Shown here: piece by piece, positions 20,348-30,691 of the stretch
How positions within the stretch are numbered: the first letter of the stretch is position 1
How the letters are laid out: each line of letters begins with the position of its first letter
Assembly (NCBI GenBank): GCA_965205015.1
Contig: OZ242029.1
Span: forward strand, 5,504,001 to 5,568,000
Reading direction: 5' to 3'
Length of the DNA stretch: 64,000 bases
From: Candidatus Poribacteria bacterium
GTDB lineage: Bacteria > Poribacteria > WGA-4E > WGA-3G
Notes under the pieces: model-generated
What the model was told of the DNA's origin: nothing
Databases searched by the model: none
What the model saw: only the letters and a program-made list of their open reading frames with translations
Translations under genes and position numbers: made by a program

Positions 20348-20416
20348 GATTTTAATTTATTCTACCCGCTCTTCTTCCCTGTTACGGCACAGCGGAGTGT
20401 GCCTACTACTATCATT

Positions 20417-22378
20417 CTAACCCGGTGCGAAGTCGTAGATAGGTTCACGAATAATAACACTCAAGACGCTCCAGAATGCACCAACACAGTATTCACCGAG
20501 AATTACGCCGAAAAAGAAGAAAACCATCGTTCGATAGGTCCCGGGTCCCCCGAATCGGAGTGCCAACCACTTCAGAAAACTACTGATAACGAGACAACTC
20601 CAAAAATAGCCAACGCCACCCGTCATAGAGATAGGATAGCCTGCTGGATGAAGGGGCCACCAAATAAAGCGCATCCGCATAATCATGAGGAAGAAGGTGA
20701 GCCCCATGCCACCCGCCATGAAGGAGATTGCGGGAATGTCAGGGTCACGCGGGAAGGCGAACAACCCCGCAAGCCACCCAAATTGCCCGATATGTCCAAC
20801 CGAGGGTCCAATACCTCCACCTGCACCTGTAATTGCACCACCGAGACGGTAGAGCTCGCTGAGCGTTGCCCAAAACGATGCCAGTGAACCCAACACAACA
20901 GCAATCACCATCGCAAGCACCAAGCGTTTTGTGTTCATATTTGCCCGTTCTGCCATCTTGAACGCTTCCAGCTGATGGGGCATGATGTGTTCGCGGTATC
21001 CGCGTCCACTGAAAAACCAAAAATAAGGGAAAACCGTTAAGTTATTGGGTCCGATGCGGCGTGTCCCCAGAATATTGACTAAAAATTGTTGGGCGTTACA
21101 CATCCCTGCCATCTCATGTGCGGGAGGACCGAGTTCCGCACGGACGCGCGTAATCGCAATCGAAATAGCAGAGAAGAAGGCAAAGAAGGGGAGAATAATT
21201 GGGAGCGTCATTCCCGCCTTCAGGCAGAACCAGATAATATAGAGACTGGCAATAACGATCAGTAGGAGCGATGTACGGTAACGGATCGGTTCTTGTGAGT
21301 CATCAATACCACCGGGCATGCCCAAGATTGTGCGCACGACATTTGCAATGTGTCTACGCGTTACAAGGAGGGCAATCACAAAGATCGCCATCCAACCGCC
21401 AATTGACTGTTCACTCCCATACGGAAAAGGGGCTGGGATTGCAAGGGCACTGCCAAAAACACGTTGGGCTTTCTCAAACAGGTAGAAAAACCACATAGAA
21501 AAGGAGAGATCCAGCGGTAAAAGGAACCCCAAGCCGATTACAAACGGATAGAGCGGGACGGGGATATTGCCGACAGCGTTCCACGGTTTTTCAGTGAAGG
21601 CTCTGCCCCAATTTCGAGCGTTATGTCGGACACTAAAATCCGGCAGCACCGGGAAAAAGTGTGCCAAACCGTGCCAGACATTTATCACTGCGGCGATGAT
21701 AAACCCATACCATAGGATACGACTTCGGAAAAGTTGCGCGGCTCCCCCTCTTTCTGTAATTGCCATCGGAAGTTGGATAATTGGATACGCTAATTTTTCG
21801 TGTTCCGTCCACTGTTTCCGAATCAACACATTTACACAAATCATGATGGTGCCGAGTGCAACAATAAGGGAGGTCCACCACACAGTCGGCATTATCCAAG
21901 CACCACCAATTTTAGCATTATAGAAGGGTGTATTGCCCTCGTAAAACCCGCGGATAATCTCTCTATCTGCAACAACGAGATGTTGTGGAATGTAACTATG
22001 GAACATGTCAGCCCAATCATTCTCAATTGTTGCGAACCAGAATGCGTGCGGGAGTGCCGGAATTGTTAGAGCCAAAGTATCATGACCCGCCAAACCAGAT
22101 GCAATAGAGAGCATGGCGTAAATGGTAATCATCTCACCTTGCGTTAGCGCAGATCGGGGGGCGACACGCTTCAGGAAAAGATTTATCAAGATCAGGAAAA
22201 AGATGTTGAGAACGACATTCCAAAACAGGGAGATGGTCGTTGGATGTCCAGAGTGCCAGACACACTCAACTTCGATGACCCAAAAGACGTTAGGGGGAAT
22301 TAAGAAGATAGCGATGAGGATAGCGCGCCATGTAACACCAGACGCACGGCGTTGGTTCTGTTTGTCTAAATTTTCCAT
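20417..22378 (-). CDS. Large polytopic membrane protein (DUF6785/DUF6784-like)
   Basis: 653 aa paralog of 2300..4252 (GVTWRAIL, QWTEHEKLAYPI, RVRAELGPP, PLHPAGY). Confidence 0.7.
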   Translation of the reverse strand: MENLDKQNQRRASGVTWRAILIAIFLIPPNVFWVIEVECVWHSGHPTTISLFWNVVLNIFFLILINLFLKRVAPRSALTQGEMITIYAMLSIASGLAGHDTLALTIPALPHAFWFATIENDWADMFHSYIPQHLVVADREIIRGFYEGNTPFYNAKIGGAWIMPTVWWTSLIVALGTIMICVNVLIRKQWTEHEKLAYPIIQLPMAITERGGAAQLFRSRILWYGFIIAAVINVWHGLAHFFPVLPDFSVRHNARNWGRAFTEKPWNAVGNIPVPLYPFVIGLGFLLPLDLSFSMWFFYLFEKAQRVFGSALAIPAPFPYGSEQSIGGWMAIFVIALLVTRRHIANVVRTILGMPGGIDDSQEPIRYRTSLLLIVIASLYIIWFCLKAGMTLPIILPFFAFFSAISIAITRVRAELGPPAHEMAGMCNAQQFLVNILGTRRIGPNNLTVFPYFWFFSGRGYREHIMPHQLEAFKMAERANMNTKRLVLAMVIAVVLGSLASFWATLSELYRLGGAITGAGGGIGPSVGHIGQFGWLAGLFAFPRDPDIPAISFMAGGMGLTFFLMIMRMRFIWWPLHPAGYPISMTGGVGYFWSCLVISSFLKWLALRFGGPGTYRTMVFFFFGVILGEYCVGAFWSVLSVIIREPIYDFAPG

Positions 22379-22380
22379 AG

Positions 22381-23895
22381 TTAAAAATGTGTAGGCGGTT
22401 CGAGTTCCTTCAACTCCCAGAGGATATGACCAAATTCAAACGCACCAGCGGCATTTCCGCGGATAAGTTCTCCGTCAATCCCCCAAGCCAACTTGTAAGC
22501 TGCGAGAATTTGCGTCAGCGAATTTTCGACATTACCGTGACATAGCAAGGCAACAGTGCCACCGCCACCCCCACCGGTAATCTTGGCACCGTAGATCCCC
22601 CCTTGTTCTCCAATCTTCCGAGCGATGTTCACAAGTCCATCAACTTCACGGGAACCGAGTCCTGCGAAATCACGGTAACTGGCATTGGATTCGTACATGA
22701 GATTTCCTGCTTCGCTGAGATAGTCTTGGATACGCTCGGAATCTGTATCGGCGTTTTTTAGAGCGGCAATAAATTGCCTAACACGTGCGTTTTCGTAAAT
22801 TGCATGTTGTACCCGACTCCTAACAGAATATAACTTCTCCGGATCCACCTGTGTCACGGTATCAACTGTTTCGCCGTACGTGTCAAGAAATTCTGCGCCG
22901 GGCATCTGCTCAGGCAATAGGTGCTCACACTGCTCGCGAAAATCCTGGACAGAAAGGTTACACAGATAGTTATCTGCCAATGCCTCGGATATTTTTCGAG
23001 CGATGCTGCCTTCCTCCGTTTCTGATGAAAACGCCGCTTTGAGGATAGTCAACCCCATAAAGGTTCCAGTGCGTGTGTCAATATAAGCGGTACTGGTTGT
23101 GCTTCTGCGCACCTTCGTATAGATACCGACAAAACTCACGTTTACCGGACACGAAACGAATTCGAGGATCTGGTCGGGCTGACAAAGAATTGAGAGAATC
23201 TTTGTTGACATGCCAGCGGCAGCAGTCACCTGATCCATAATCCCACAAGGCGCGCCAACGATCCGATTTTCAACGATTTGCGCGAGGCGCGCGATCTCGA
23301 TCGCCTCCAATTCTAAACCATAGAGTCGGTCGATCGCCATCAATGTAGCGACTTCAATAGCCGCCGAGGAGGCAACACCCCCACCGATTGGAATATCGCT
23401 TTTGATAACTATCGTGGCACCATGCGGGAATTGATCGATTTTACCCTCTTTGAGTAGCACATAAAAAGCCCCGAGTATATACCCCGTCCACGCTGCGCTG
23501 GGTTCCTCACTGAAACGCTCCCGAATCTGTGAATACGTTTTGAGAGTGCCATTCGCATAGAAACTATCAAGCGAGAGATGAAAGTTGGGTTTGAATTGAT
23601 CTCCCGCGTGGAGTGTGATAGCACAGAGGTTTCTATCTTCCCTCGCTTGGCAGGCGGCGATTACGGTGCGGTTAACGGTCATCTCAAAAACATTCGCGCC
23701 GCAGTAATCAGCGATACCGCCCATGATGTCAAGTCTGGCAGGCGCACGGGTGAGAATCACATGCCCACCCCTTTGCAAGCCAAACGAAAAGAAGAGCTCA
23801 GGAGAATCTTCCTGTAAAAGATACTCCAACTCAAGGACCTGAAAGGATTTCACTCTGGGACCGTGGAGTTGTTCAACTTTCATTTGTCTTCTCAA
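22381..23895 (-). CDS. GHMP sugar kinase (galactokinase/arabinokinase-like)
   Basis: RAPARLDIMGGIADY, PIGGGVASSAA, CGIMDQ, GAKITGGGGGG. Confidence 0.88.
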   Translation of the reverse strand: MRRQMKVEQLHGPRVKSFQVLELEYLLQEDSPELFFSFGLQRGGHVILTRAPARLDIMGGIADYCGANVFEMTVNRTVIAACQAREDRNLCAITLHAGDQFKPNFHLSLDSFYANGTLKTYSQIRERFSEEPSAAWTGYILGAFYVLLKEGKIDQFPHGATIVIKSDIPIGGGVASSAAIEVATLMAIDRLYGLELEAIEIARLAQIVENRIVGAPCGIMDQVTAAAGMSTKILSILCQPDQILEFVSCPVNVSFVGIYTKVRRSTTSTAYIDTRTGTFMGLTILKAAFSSETEEGSIARKISEALADNYLCNLSVQDFREQCEHLLPEQMPGAEFLDTYGETVDTVTQVDPEKLYSVRSRVQHAIYENARVRQFIAALKNADTDSERIQDYLSEAGNLMYESNASYRDFAGLGSREVDGLVNIARKIGEQGGIYGAKITGGGGGGTVALLCHGNVENSLTQILAAYKLAWGIDGELIRGNAAGAFEFGHILWELKELEPPTHF

Positions 23896-24081
23896 CCAGA
23901 CATCATTGTACGAATGCCGTTGGCAACCCCTTTCTCGAACTCAGAACGGAAATTGTGCTAATTGCTGATTGCCAATTCATGCTACACCTATCCCGTTAAT
24001 TTATCAAGTCCTTTTTTCAAATAAAACGTGCGATAAATCGCACGACTACAAACGCATCCATTCGGAGCAATGGTGAAACAT

Positions 24082-25689
24082 CTACGGATTAACGACCCGA
24101 ACCCTTTCGCCCTGTTTTAGAGAATGTTGTCCAGCAGTGACAACCGCCTCGCCTTCGGTAAGTCCATTCAGAACTTCAGCTTCACCAGCACGCAAAAGCC
24201 CTATTTCTACAACACGCCGCTGACTCACCCCATCCTCAATAACGAAGACAGTCTGTGTGTTCGCATTAGCATCTTCAACGAGTGAGGCACGCGAGATGAG
24301 AATCGCATCGGTATGGACTTTGATAGGGACGGTAACCTTCGCGAACATCCCCGGTCTAAGCGCTCCCTTTGGGTTATCAATATCGACTTCAACGATAGCT
24401 GTGCGACGCGCCGGCGTTAAAGTGGGACTAATAAAAGCAACCCTACCGGACATCTCGGCATCTATGCCATCAATCCGTATGGATGCTTGCTGATTGAGTG
24501 CCAATTGGCTCAACTGGACTTCAATCACCTCAACAGTGGCTTTGACGGTACTAATATTAACGATCTCAAAGAGCGGTGAGGCAGGAAGTGCCATGCCCCC
24601 TAAATCCAAGGTGCGTCTGGAGATAACCCCAGAAATTGGGGCGCGAATTGTGGCATCGTTTAGACGTTTTTGAGCGAGCTTAAGGGCAACCTCTGCCTGC
24701 GTGCGCGCGGTTTTCGCTGACGTAATTTCGGCTTCCCAACTTTTCGCTGTCTTTAAGGCTTCCGCGGAAATGAGTCCAGCCCGTGCAGTTTCGACTTGGG
24801 AACGCGCAAGCGCAATATCTTTCTCCCATGTCCTCGTAGAGGCTTGCGTCTGGGCAAGTCGTAAAGAGGCTTTCGCCTGCTCAACTTGCGCCTCCATGGC
24901 TTGAATATCCTCAGCACGCGCGCCGTTATCGATAAGTTGAAGTTGTTCAGAAGCGATTTTATGCTGGGCAGCGGCAATGTCTAACTGCGTCTTTGCACTT
25001 TCAAGGGCTTGCTGGCTAATTGCGCCATTTTGGAAGAGTTGCGCCATACGTTCGTGATTGCTTCTGGCATTCGCGAGATTTGCGTCGGCTTGACTCAATC
25101 CTGCCTCCGCTTGTCGTCGGTCTTCGTCACGAGCACCGCTTTTAATTTTCTGGAGATTCGCGACAAGAGACCCCAATGCCGCTTGTGCCTGCTCTATTTG
25201 CGTGACGGTTCGGATTTCAGAGAGGTCCACTACCTGTTGTAATGCAATCTCTGCAGCCCGAAACTGCGCCTTCGCCTGTGCAATCTGTGAGTTTACACGC
25301 ACTTCTGCGAGCTGTTTTGTCTGTTCATAAGCAGTTTTCGCCGCTTTCAGGGTTGCCTCTGTCTGTTGCACAGCGAGTTCGAGCTCCTCATGCTCCACAA
25401 CAGCAAGAGATGCGCCTTTTTCTACACTGTCCCCCTCATCTACATTTAAGACAACCAGACGCCCAGCGACTTTCGGAAAGACGCTGACTTGTGATTCCGC
25501 TTGAATAGTGCCGGACAATTCGAGTTCTGAACGAATCTCCCCGCGCTTTGCTTTCATAATTTCTACGGGTTTAAGGACTGTCGCTTGGGCTTGTTGAATT
25601 TCAGATTTTTCCGGCTTTAGAAACCGCGGCAGACCAATAATCGCTGCTATTGCTAATATTATGAGAATACCAATCAGTACTTTCTTCAA
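24082..25689 (-). CDS. Efflux periplasmic adaptor (MFP) subunit with long coiled coil
   Basis: N-terminal anchor; VDEGDSVEKG; IRAPISGVI; LRPGMFA. Confidence 0.88.
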   Translation of the reverse strand: MKKVLIGILIILAIAAIIGLPRFLKPEKSEIQQAQATVLKPVEIMKAKRGEIRSELELSGTIQAESQVSVFPKVAGRLVVLNVDEGDSVEKGASLAVVEHEELELAVQQTEATLKAAKTAYEQTKQLAEVRVNSQIAQAKAQFRAAEIALQQVVDLSEIRTVTQIEQAQAALGSLVANLQKIKSGARDEDRRQAEAGLSQADANLANARSNHERMAQLFQNGAISQQALESAKTQLDIAAAQHKIASEQLQLIDNGARAEDIQAMEAQVEQAKASLRLAQTQASTRTWEKDIALARSQVETARAGLISAEALKTAKSWEAEITSAKTARTQAEVALKLAQKRLNDATIRAPISGVISRRTLDLGGMALPASPLFEIVNISTVKATVEVIEVQLSQLALNQQASIRIDGIDAEMSGRVAFISPTLTPARRTAIVEVDIDNPKGALRPGMFAKVTVPIKVHTDAILISRASLVEDANANTQTVFVIEDGVSQRRVVEIGLLRAGEAEVLNGLTEGEAVVTAGQHSLKQGERVRVVNP

Positions 25690-25732
25690 TTTCTTTTCTC
25701 CTTATTAACCGACATCGTTAAGAACTTTTTGT

Positions 25733-27133
25733 TTATTGTAGTTTTTGTCCTATCGCTTTTTCGAGTCTCACTAAGCCAACAATGTAATCATGATATGCCT
25801 GAAGGCGGTTAACCTCTGCCTGTGCCAGTGCAAGCTGTGTGTCAGTCAACACGACTGTGGTAATAATTCCGTTCTGAAATTGGAGATTCGCAATGCGTAC
25901 ACTCTCGCGTGCTTGGGCAACTGACTCACGCTGGACCTCAATGATTGTTTCCGCCCCACGGAGGTTGAGATACGCCGATCGTACTTCAAATTCAACCCCG
26001 ACTTTCATTTGAGATCCGCCTAACTGGACCTGCTTTAGAACCGTCTCAGTTTGTTGCACGGCGGCGCGCGTCGCAAATCCATCAAAAATTGGAATATTGA
26101 TTTGAAATCCAAGACTCCAAATCCTATTCATTGCGGTGAGCCTTTCATTCTGTGAAATTTGATAGTTACTGAAGAATCCGAGATCCGGACGGCTTCGTGT
26201 TTTGGCGATGTCAATCTGTTTACGGGCAGCATCTTCTGCAAATTGTGTACGATGCACTTCGGGACGATTTTCAAGTGCCTGCTGAATAAGCACCTCAAGG
26301 TTTAACGCCGGTATTTTATGATTTTCTGGGATTTCAAGTGTGCCTTTCACCGATACATTCTCAGAGAGAGGTATATTAAGGACTGTTTTATAGGCATTTT
26401 TAGCGGTTTGAACACCGTTCTGCGCCCGAATGAGTTGTGATTCGGCATTTGCGAGCTGGACCTTGGCGCGAAGGACATCGAAATTGGTTGCAGCCCCCGC
26501 ATTCAGCGATGCTTCTGCGATTTTGAGTTGCTCTTCAACCAAAGAAACGCTTTGTTGTGCGACTCGTACAAATTCCTGTGCGACCAGCGCACCATAGAAC
26601 GCTTCGGCAACATCTAAGCGGAGTTGATTATAAGCGGCATCAACATCACGTTGCATCGCCTGATAGTTTAGCTGGGCGGCTTGATACCCGTAATAATAGC
26701 GTCCCCAAGCGAAGATAGGTTGTGTTAAACTGACTGTGCCTTGAACATTGTGATGGGCACCGAATTCCAACTCAATCAACTCGGATTCGTTATCCCCACT
26801 GGGGGGTGTCGGACCGCCCATTTCTCTGTTTGGCATAGGGGGCCCAAACCCGCCCTCGGCTTGAATTACTGATTTTTGTATGTCTTTATAATAGGTGTAA
26901 TTACCACTGGCTGTGATTCTTGGCAAGAGTCCTGCGCGTGCTGCACGAACTTCTGCCTCGGCGACTTTGAGGTTCTGCTCAGCCGTCTGAAGGGTCAGAT
27001 TGCTCTGTTTGGCAATCTCAATACTTTCCTCTAAGGTCAAAACCTGTGGTTCTTGCGCTACAACGGGAAGGTTAATGAGAAGGAAGAGAAAGGTTCCAAC
27101 ACCAACGAAGTGGCAGAACCGTAATATATTCAT
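25733..27133 (-). CDS. TolC-family outer membrane protein
   Basis: LTLEESIEIA, LPRI, RPEV, IPIFDG, LEKAIG motifs. Confidence 0.88.
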   Translation of the reverse strand: MNILRFCHFVGVGTFLFLLINLPVVAQEPQVLTLEESIEIAKQSNLTLQTAEQNLKVAEAEVRAARAGLLPRITASGNYTYYKDIQKSVIQAEGGFGPPMPNREMGGPTPPSGDNESELIELEFGAHHNVQGTVSLTQPIFAWGRYYYGYQAAQLNYQAMQRDVDAAYNQLRLDVAEAFYGALVAQEFVRVAQQSVSLVEEQLKIAEASLNAGAATNFDVLRAKVQLANAESQLIRAQNGVQTAKNAYKTVLNIPLSENVSVKGTLEIPENHKIPALNLEVLIQQALENRPEVHRTQFAEDAARKQIDIAKTRSRPDLGFFSNYQISQNERLTAMNRIWSLGFQINIPIFDGFATRAAVQQTETVLKQVQLGGSQMKVGVEFEVRSAYLNLRGAETIIEVQRESVAQARESVRIANLQFQNGIITTVVLTDTQLALAQAEVNRLQAYHDYIVGLVRLEKAIGQKLQ

Positions 27134-27160
27134 CGCGGTTGCATCCTCCAATTTTAATCG

Positions 27161-27305
27161 TTGTCGGTTGTCAGTTCAGATTTTTTACTCCATAAAAAAT
27201 CCTTTCGGTTTTCAGTTAAAAAGAGACTTGTGGCAGGTTACGTTTACTTTAATAACCACAAGGTTCCCTTAACTGATAACCGACAACTGACAACCGATAA
27301 CTATT
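27161..27305. repeat. Intergenic inverted-repeat element with heptamer-repeat arms
   Basis: TTGTCGGTTGTCAGTT ... AACTGATAACCGACAACTGACAACCGATAAC; internal CTTGTGG/CCACAAG stem. Confidence 0.6.
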
Positions 27306-27307
27306 CC

Positions 27308-29203
27308 TTAATAGCGGATGATTGTTGTCGAATCGCCAACTGCCCAGACCTGACCACTTGGTGTTTGGACGAGATCCCACAGATGGCTCATCGTGGGCGA
27401 TTCCTGCATCAACCACGTGACACCACCATCGGATGTGTAAAGAATTGTTCCACCGTCTCCAGCTGCCCACCCCTCGTTGGCATCTCGGAAGAGAATCGCA
27501 TTCAGGTTAGCATCCGTTGGGACTGTCTGATCGACCCATGTTGCGCCCCCGTCCGTAGTTGCCATGATAGCACCCTGGTCGCCAGCGATCCACGCGGTCT
27601 GTTCGTTAATGGCATAGACATCATTCAATTTCGGTCCTTGTAAGATAGATGCCCAAGTTAACCCACCATCCATCGTCTTCGCGATCGTTCCAGCATCACC
27701 GACGATCCAGCCAATACTTTCATTTATGAAGTGAACACCATAGAGGTTGTTGAAGCCTGCGCCTGTCATCATGGGATCCATGTCTTGACCGATCCACGTT
27801 TGCCCTGCATCGTTCGTGTGCATAACCCGTCCGGTTTCTCCGACTGCCCAGGCATGTGTTGGTGTACCAAAACTCATCGCATAGGATCCCATAGCACTCC
27901 GCCAACTCATTATGCCTTCAAACTGGATTCGCTGGGCAGTGCCGTGCCCCTCATCGCCTGGGTCACTAACCCCATGCCATGTCATTCCACCATCAAGTGT
28001 TTCGACTAACGCGGCGTTGCTACCGACGATATATCCTCTGCTTTCATCAACAAACCCGACGCCGAAGAGTTCAAAGACATCCCCACTATTCTGAGGTTTC
28101 CATGTTTCGCCGCCATCGTTGGTGTGCAAAACACTCCCCGACAAGCCGACTGCCCACCCCAGTGTATCCCCATGAAAATGGGCAGCGCGAAGTTCACTCG
28201 TGCTGGAAACGACATCCCAAGTATCCCCACCATCGGTTGTGTGCAGGATAGTAGCGTCTTTACCGACGATCCATGCTTCGGTTGGACTGAGCATGTGAAC
28301 ACCCTCGAGGCGAGCCGCAACCGGACGCGGTTCAAGCGGTGCCCAAGTCGTACCACCATCGGTTGTCCGAAGAATCACGCCGAATTCTGCGGCAGCGATA
28401 CCTACCTTTTCATCGGCAAAATGGACATCCCAAACGGGCTCAGGCATACCATTAGAATGCGGGACTTTACTCTCTTGCACAACCCATTCGGCACCGTCAA
28501 CTGTGGCAACGACAGCCCCACCGGCACCAACTGCCCAACCGACTTTGTCATTTAGCATGGAAATAGCATCAAGCGTGTTGACTGTGGCACTGGTCTGGAA
28601 TTCCCATGTCTGTCCCCCATCTTTGGTGTGAAGGAGGGTGCCACCGCCGCCTGCCGCCCAACCGACCATCGCACTCACAAAGTCGATGCCTTCAATTGTG
28701 TTATTGGTATCAATCTCCTGTTTTGCCCAGGTTGTGCCACCGTTTTTTGTGCTAATGATGAGCCCGCCATCTCCACTTGCCCATCCATGTTGGTCATCAG
28801 CAAAGGAGACTGCTAAGAGCGCAGTGCGGGTACCTGTATTCTTTTTCATCCAAGTCTGCCCGCCATCCGTGGTTTTCAGGACCATACCATCGTCTCCGAC
28901 AACCCAGCCAGTTTGCGGATCGATAAAGCGGACTTTCTTTAGCATGATGTCAAACGGCAGGGGTTGACTCGGTTGTCTATTCCAGGTCATGCCCCCATCT
29001 GTGGTATGCAGAATTGTTGAATTGCTACCAACGATCCAGCCATGTTGTGCATCTACAAAAAAGACATCTGAAAAGCCCGCCCGCCACTCAGATTCGCTCA
29101 CTTTCACCCACGATTTTTGTGCAAACGCGAACTGCACGGTGCAAAGCAAGAGCAGGACTATCAGAATAGAAAATATGTGTTTTCTCGATTTCATCAGATT
29201 CAT
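27308..29203 (-). CDS. YCF48-related/BNR-repeat beta-propeller secreted protein
   Basis: Signal peptide; many GW.VG..G.ILHT.DGG.TW repeats. Confidence 0.88.
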   Translation of the reverse strand: MNLMKSRKHIFSILIVLLLLCTVQFAFAQKSWVKVSESEWRAGFSDVFFVDAQHGWIVGSNSTILHTTDGGMTWNRQPSQPLPFDIMLKKVRFIDPQTGWVVGDDGMVLKTTDGGQTWMKKNTGTRTALLAVSFADDQHGWASGDGGLIISTKNGGTTWAKQEIDTNNTIEGIDFVSAMVGWAAGGGGTLLHTKDGGQTWEFQTSATVNTLDAISMLNDKVGWAVGAGGAVVATVDGAEWVVQESKVPHSNGMPEPVWDVHFADEKVGIAAAEFGVILRTTDGGTTWAPLEPRPVAARLEGVHMLSPTEAWIVGKDATILHTTDGGDTWDVVSSTSELRAAHFHGDTLGWAVGLSGSVLHTNDGGETWKPQNSGDVFELFGVGFVDESRGYIVGSNAALVETLDGGMTWHGVSDPGDEGHGTAQRIQFEGIMSWRSAMGSYAMSFGTPTHAWAVGETGRVMHTNDAGQTWIGQDMDPMMTGAGFNNLYGVHFINESIGWIVGDAGTIAKTMDGGLTWASILQGPKLNDVYAINEQTAWIAGDQGAIMATTDGGATWVDQTVPTDANLNAILFRDANEGWAAGDGGTILYTSDGGVTWLMQESPTMSHLWDLVQTPSGQVWAVGDSTTIIRY

Positions 29204-29488
29204 AGCGTTGGAACCCACGCCTTTTAGGTGTGGAGTGAACGCCAACCTCCTTACATATCAAGATGGGCTTGTAAACAATGCCCTTCGTTTTAGGTCGTGT
29301 CTTATACTGTTCAAGAACTGTGAACTGAAGTCTATACGCTTCATTCTATGGTTATATAATATCACGAGATAACAATTCCTGTCAATTGAAAAATACAGGG
29401 GGTTTGGTTTCCAGTTTGCTGACCTGATGGATAGAATGCCGAGAAGAAACGGCGATGGAAGCGTGGTCTGACGCCTTGCAAATTTGGA

Positions 29489-29517
29489 TTGACACCCGTT
29501 AAATTCCGTGCCATAAT
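29489..29517 (+). promoter_or_regulatory. sigma70 promoter of the LamG gene
   Basis: TTGACA-N17-CATAAT. Confidence 0.55.
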
Positions 29518-29609
29518 AATTTAGACCGATGTGAAGTCAAAAAGTTCTCACAAACTTGTCTAATTCAGTTTGTGCAGACATAAACATCTAAATAGATTAG
29601 GAGATTTCG

Positions 29610-30413
29610 ATGAAATTTATGACGCGATTAACCTTTGTAGGACTCAGCTTAATATTGAGCGCCTGTCTGCTGGCTAACCCCGCATTCGCGCAACTTGGGA
29701 TGAAAAACTTGACGGGTCTCTGGTTGTTCGATGAAGGGAGTGGTGACGTTGCTGCAGATTCTTCAGATAGCGCGCTGGATGCTACGGTGGTAGGCAACTC
29801 GACGTGGGTTAGCGGCGTATTCGGTTCCGGATTGGAACTCAATGGCTCAGATGCTTACGTTGAAGTTCCTGCACACGTGAACCCGACGGATGCTATTACT
29901 GTTTCGATCTGGGTTAAAAGCATGACGGATAACTGGAATCAGCACGGTTGGATGGTCGAGAAACGAAATGCGTATATTATTCATCCTAACGCCGATACCA
30001 AAAACGTCTCGTGGCCGATTTGTAACGGTGGCTGCTGGAATAAACCCGGTGGCTGGCGCGATGGAGAAATCGGACCCGATGACATCACTGAATGGCATCT
30101 CTATACCACCACTTTCGACAGTGCAACGGGTGAGTGGAATATCTATATTGATGGTGTAGCAGAGAGCACAATGGAAATCAACACCGATCCAATTGATGCT
30201 GACGATGGTGAACTTTATATTGGTCGAGACACGTGTTGTGACGGTAGATTCGGCGATGCCGTCATTGATGAGGTTGCCATTTTCAACGTCGCACTCAGTG
30301 CCGCTGAGATCAAATTGATGATGGATAAAGGGCTGTCGGCGTTGCTACTGACACCCGTTGAACCCGAGGGCAAACTCTCAACGACTTGGGCGAGCGTTAA
30401 ACAGCAGTATTAA
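29610..30413 (+). CDS. Secreted LamG-like jellyroll protein with C-terminal TTW motif
   Basis: WLFDEGSG, WHLYTTTFD, IDEVAIFN; ends PVEPEGKLSTTWASVK. Confidence 0.85.
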   Translation: MKFMTRLTFVGLSLILSACLLANPAFAQLGMKNLTGLWLFDEGSGDVAADSSDSALDATVVGNSTWVSGVFGSGLELNGSDAYVEVPAHVNPTDAITVSIWVKSMTDNWNQHGWMVEKRNAYIIHPNADTKNVSWPICNGGCWNKPGGWRDGEIGPDDITEWHLYTTTFDSATGEWNIYIDGVAESTMEINTDPIDADDGELYIGRDTCCDGRFGDAVIDEVAIFNVALSAAEIKLMMDKGLSALLLTPVEPEGKLSTTWASVKQQY

Positions 30414-30423
30414 TTCCAATCAA

Positions 30424-30458
30424 GAGGCGGGTGATGCTTGCCATACCCGCCTTCTTCT
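30424..30458 (+). terminator. Probable intrinsic terminator
   Basis: AGGCGGGT...ACCCGCCT stem followed by a pyrimidine tract. Confidence 0.5.
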
Positions 30459-30521
30459 CACTTACGACTATCTCTCCGTGGGCAAATTTTGCTGTCTTGT
30501 GTGAGCCTTTTCACAATTTCT

Positions 30522-30550
30522 TTGACAGCAATTCGCTTCTATGCCATACT
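30522..30550 (+). promoter_or_regulatory. sigma70 promoter
   Basis: TTGACA-N17-CATACT with TG extension. Confidence 0.5.
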
Positions 30551-30691
30551 AACCAAATAAGTTCGGGCTTAATTTCAAGCGTGCGTAGTGAGCAAGAGTC
30601 GCTCCTGTCGCTTAGTCTTCATTTTTAGTCTTCATTTCCAGAAAGGAACCGTTCGGCAGAGTTTGTAAGCCGAAAATTTGCCACCAAAATT

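Noticed and set aside
30555-30690. Possible riboswitch or ncRNA in the long leader
   Set aside because: Only a short direct repeat (TTAGTCTTCATTT x2) and a weak hairpin; no recognisable family consensus
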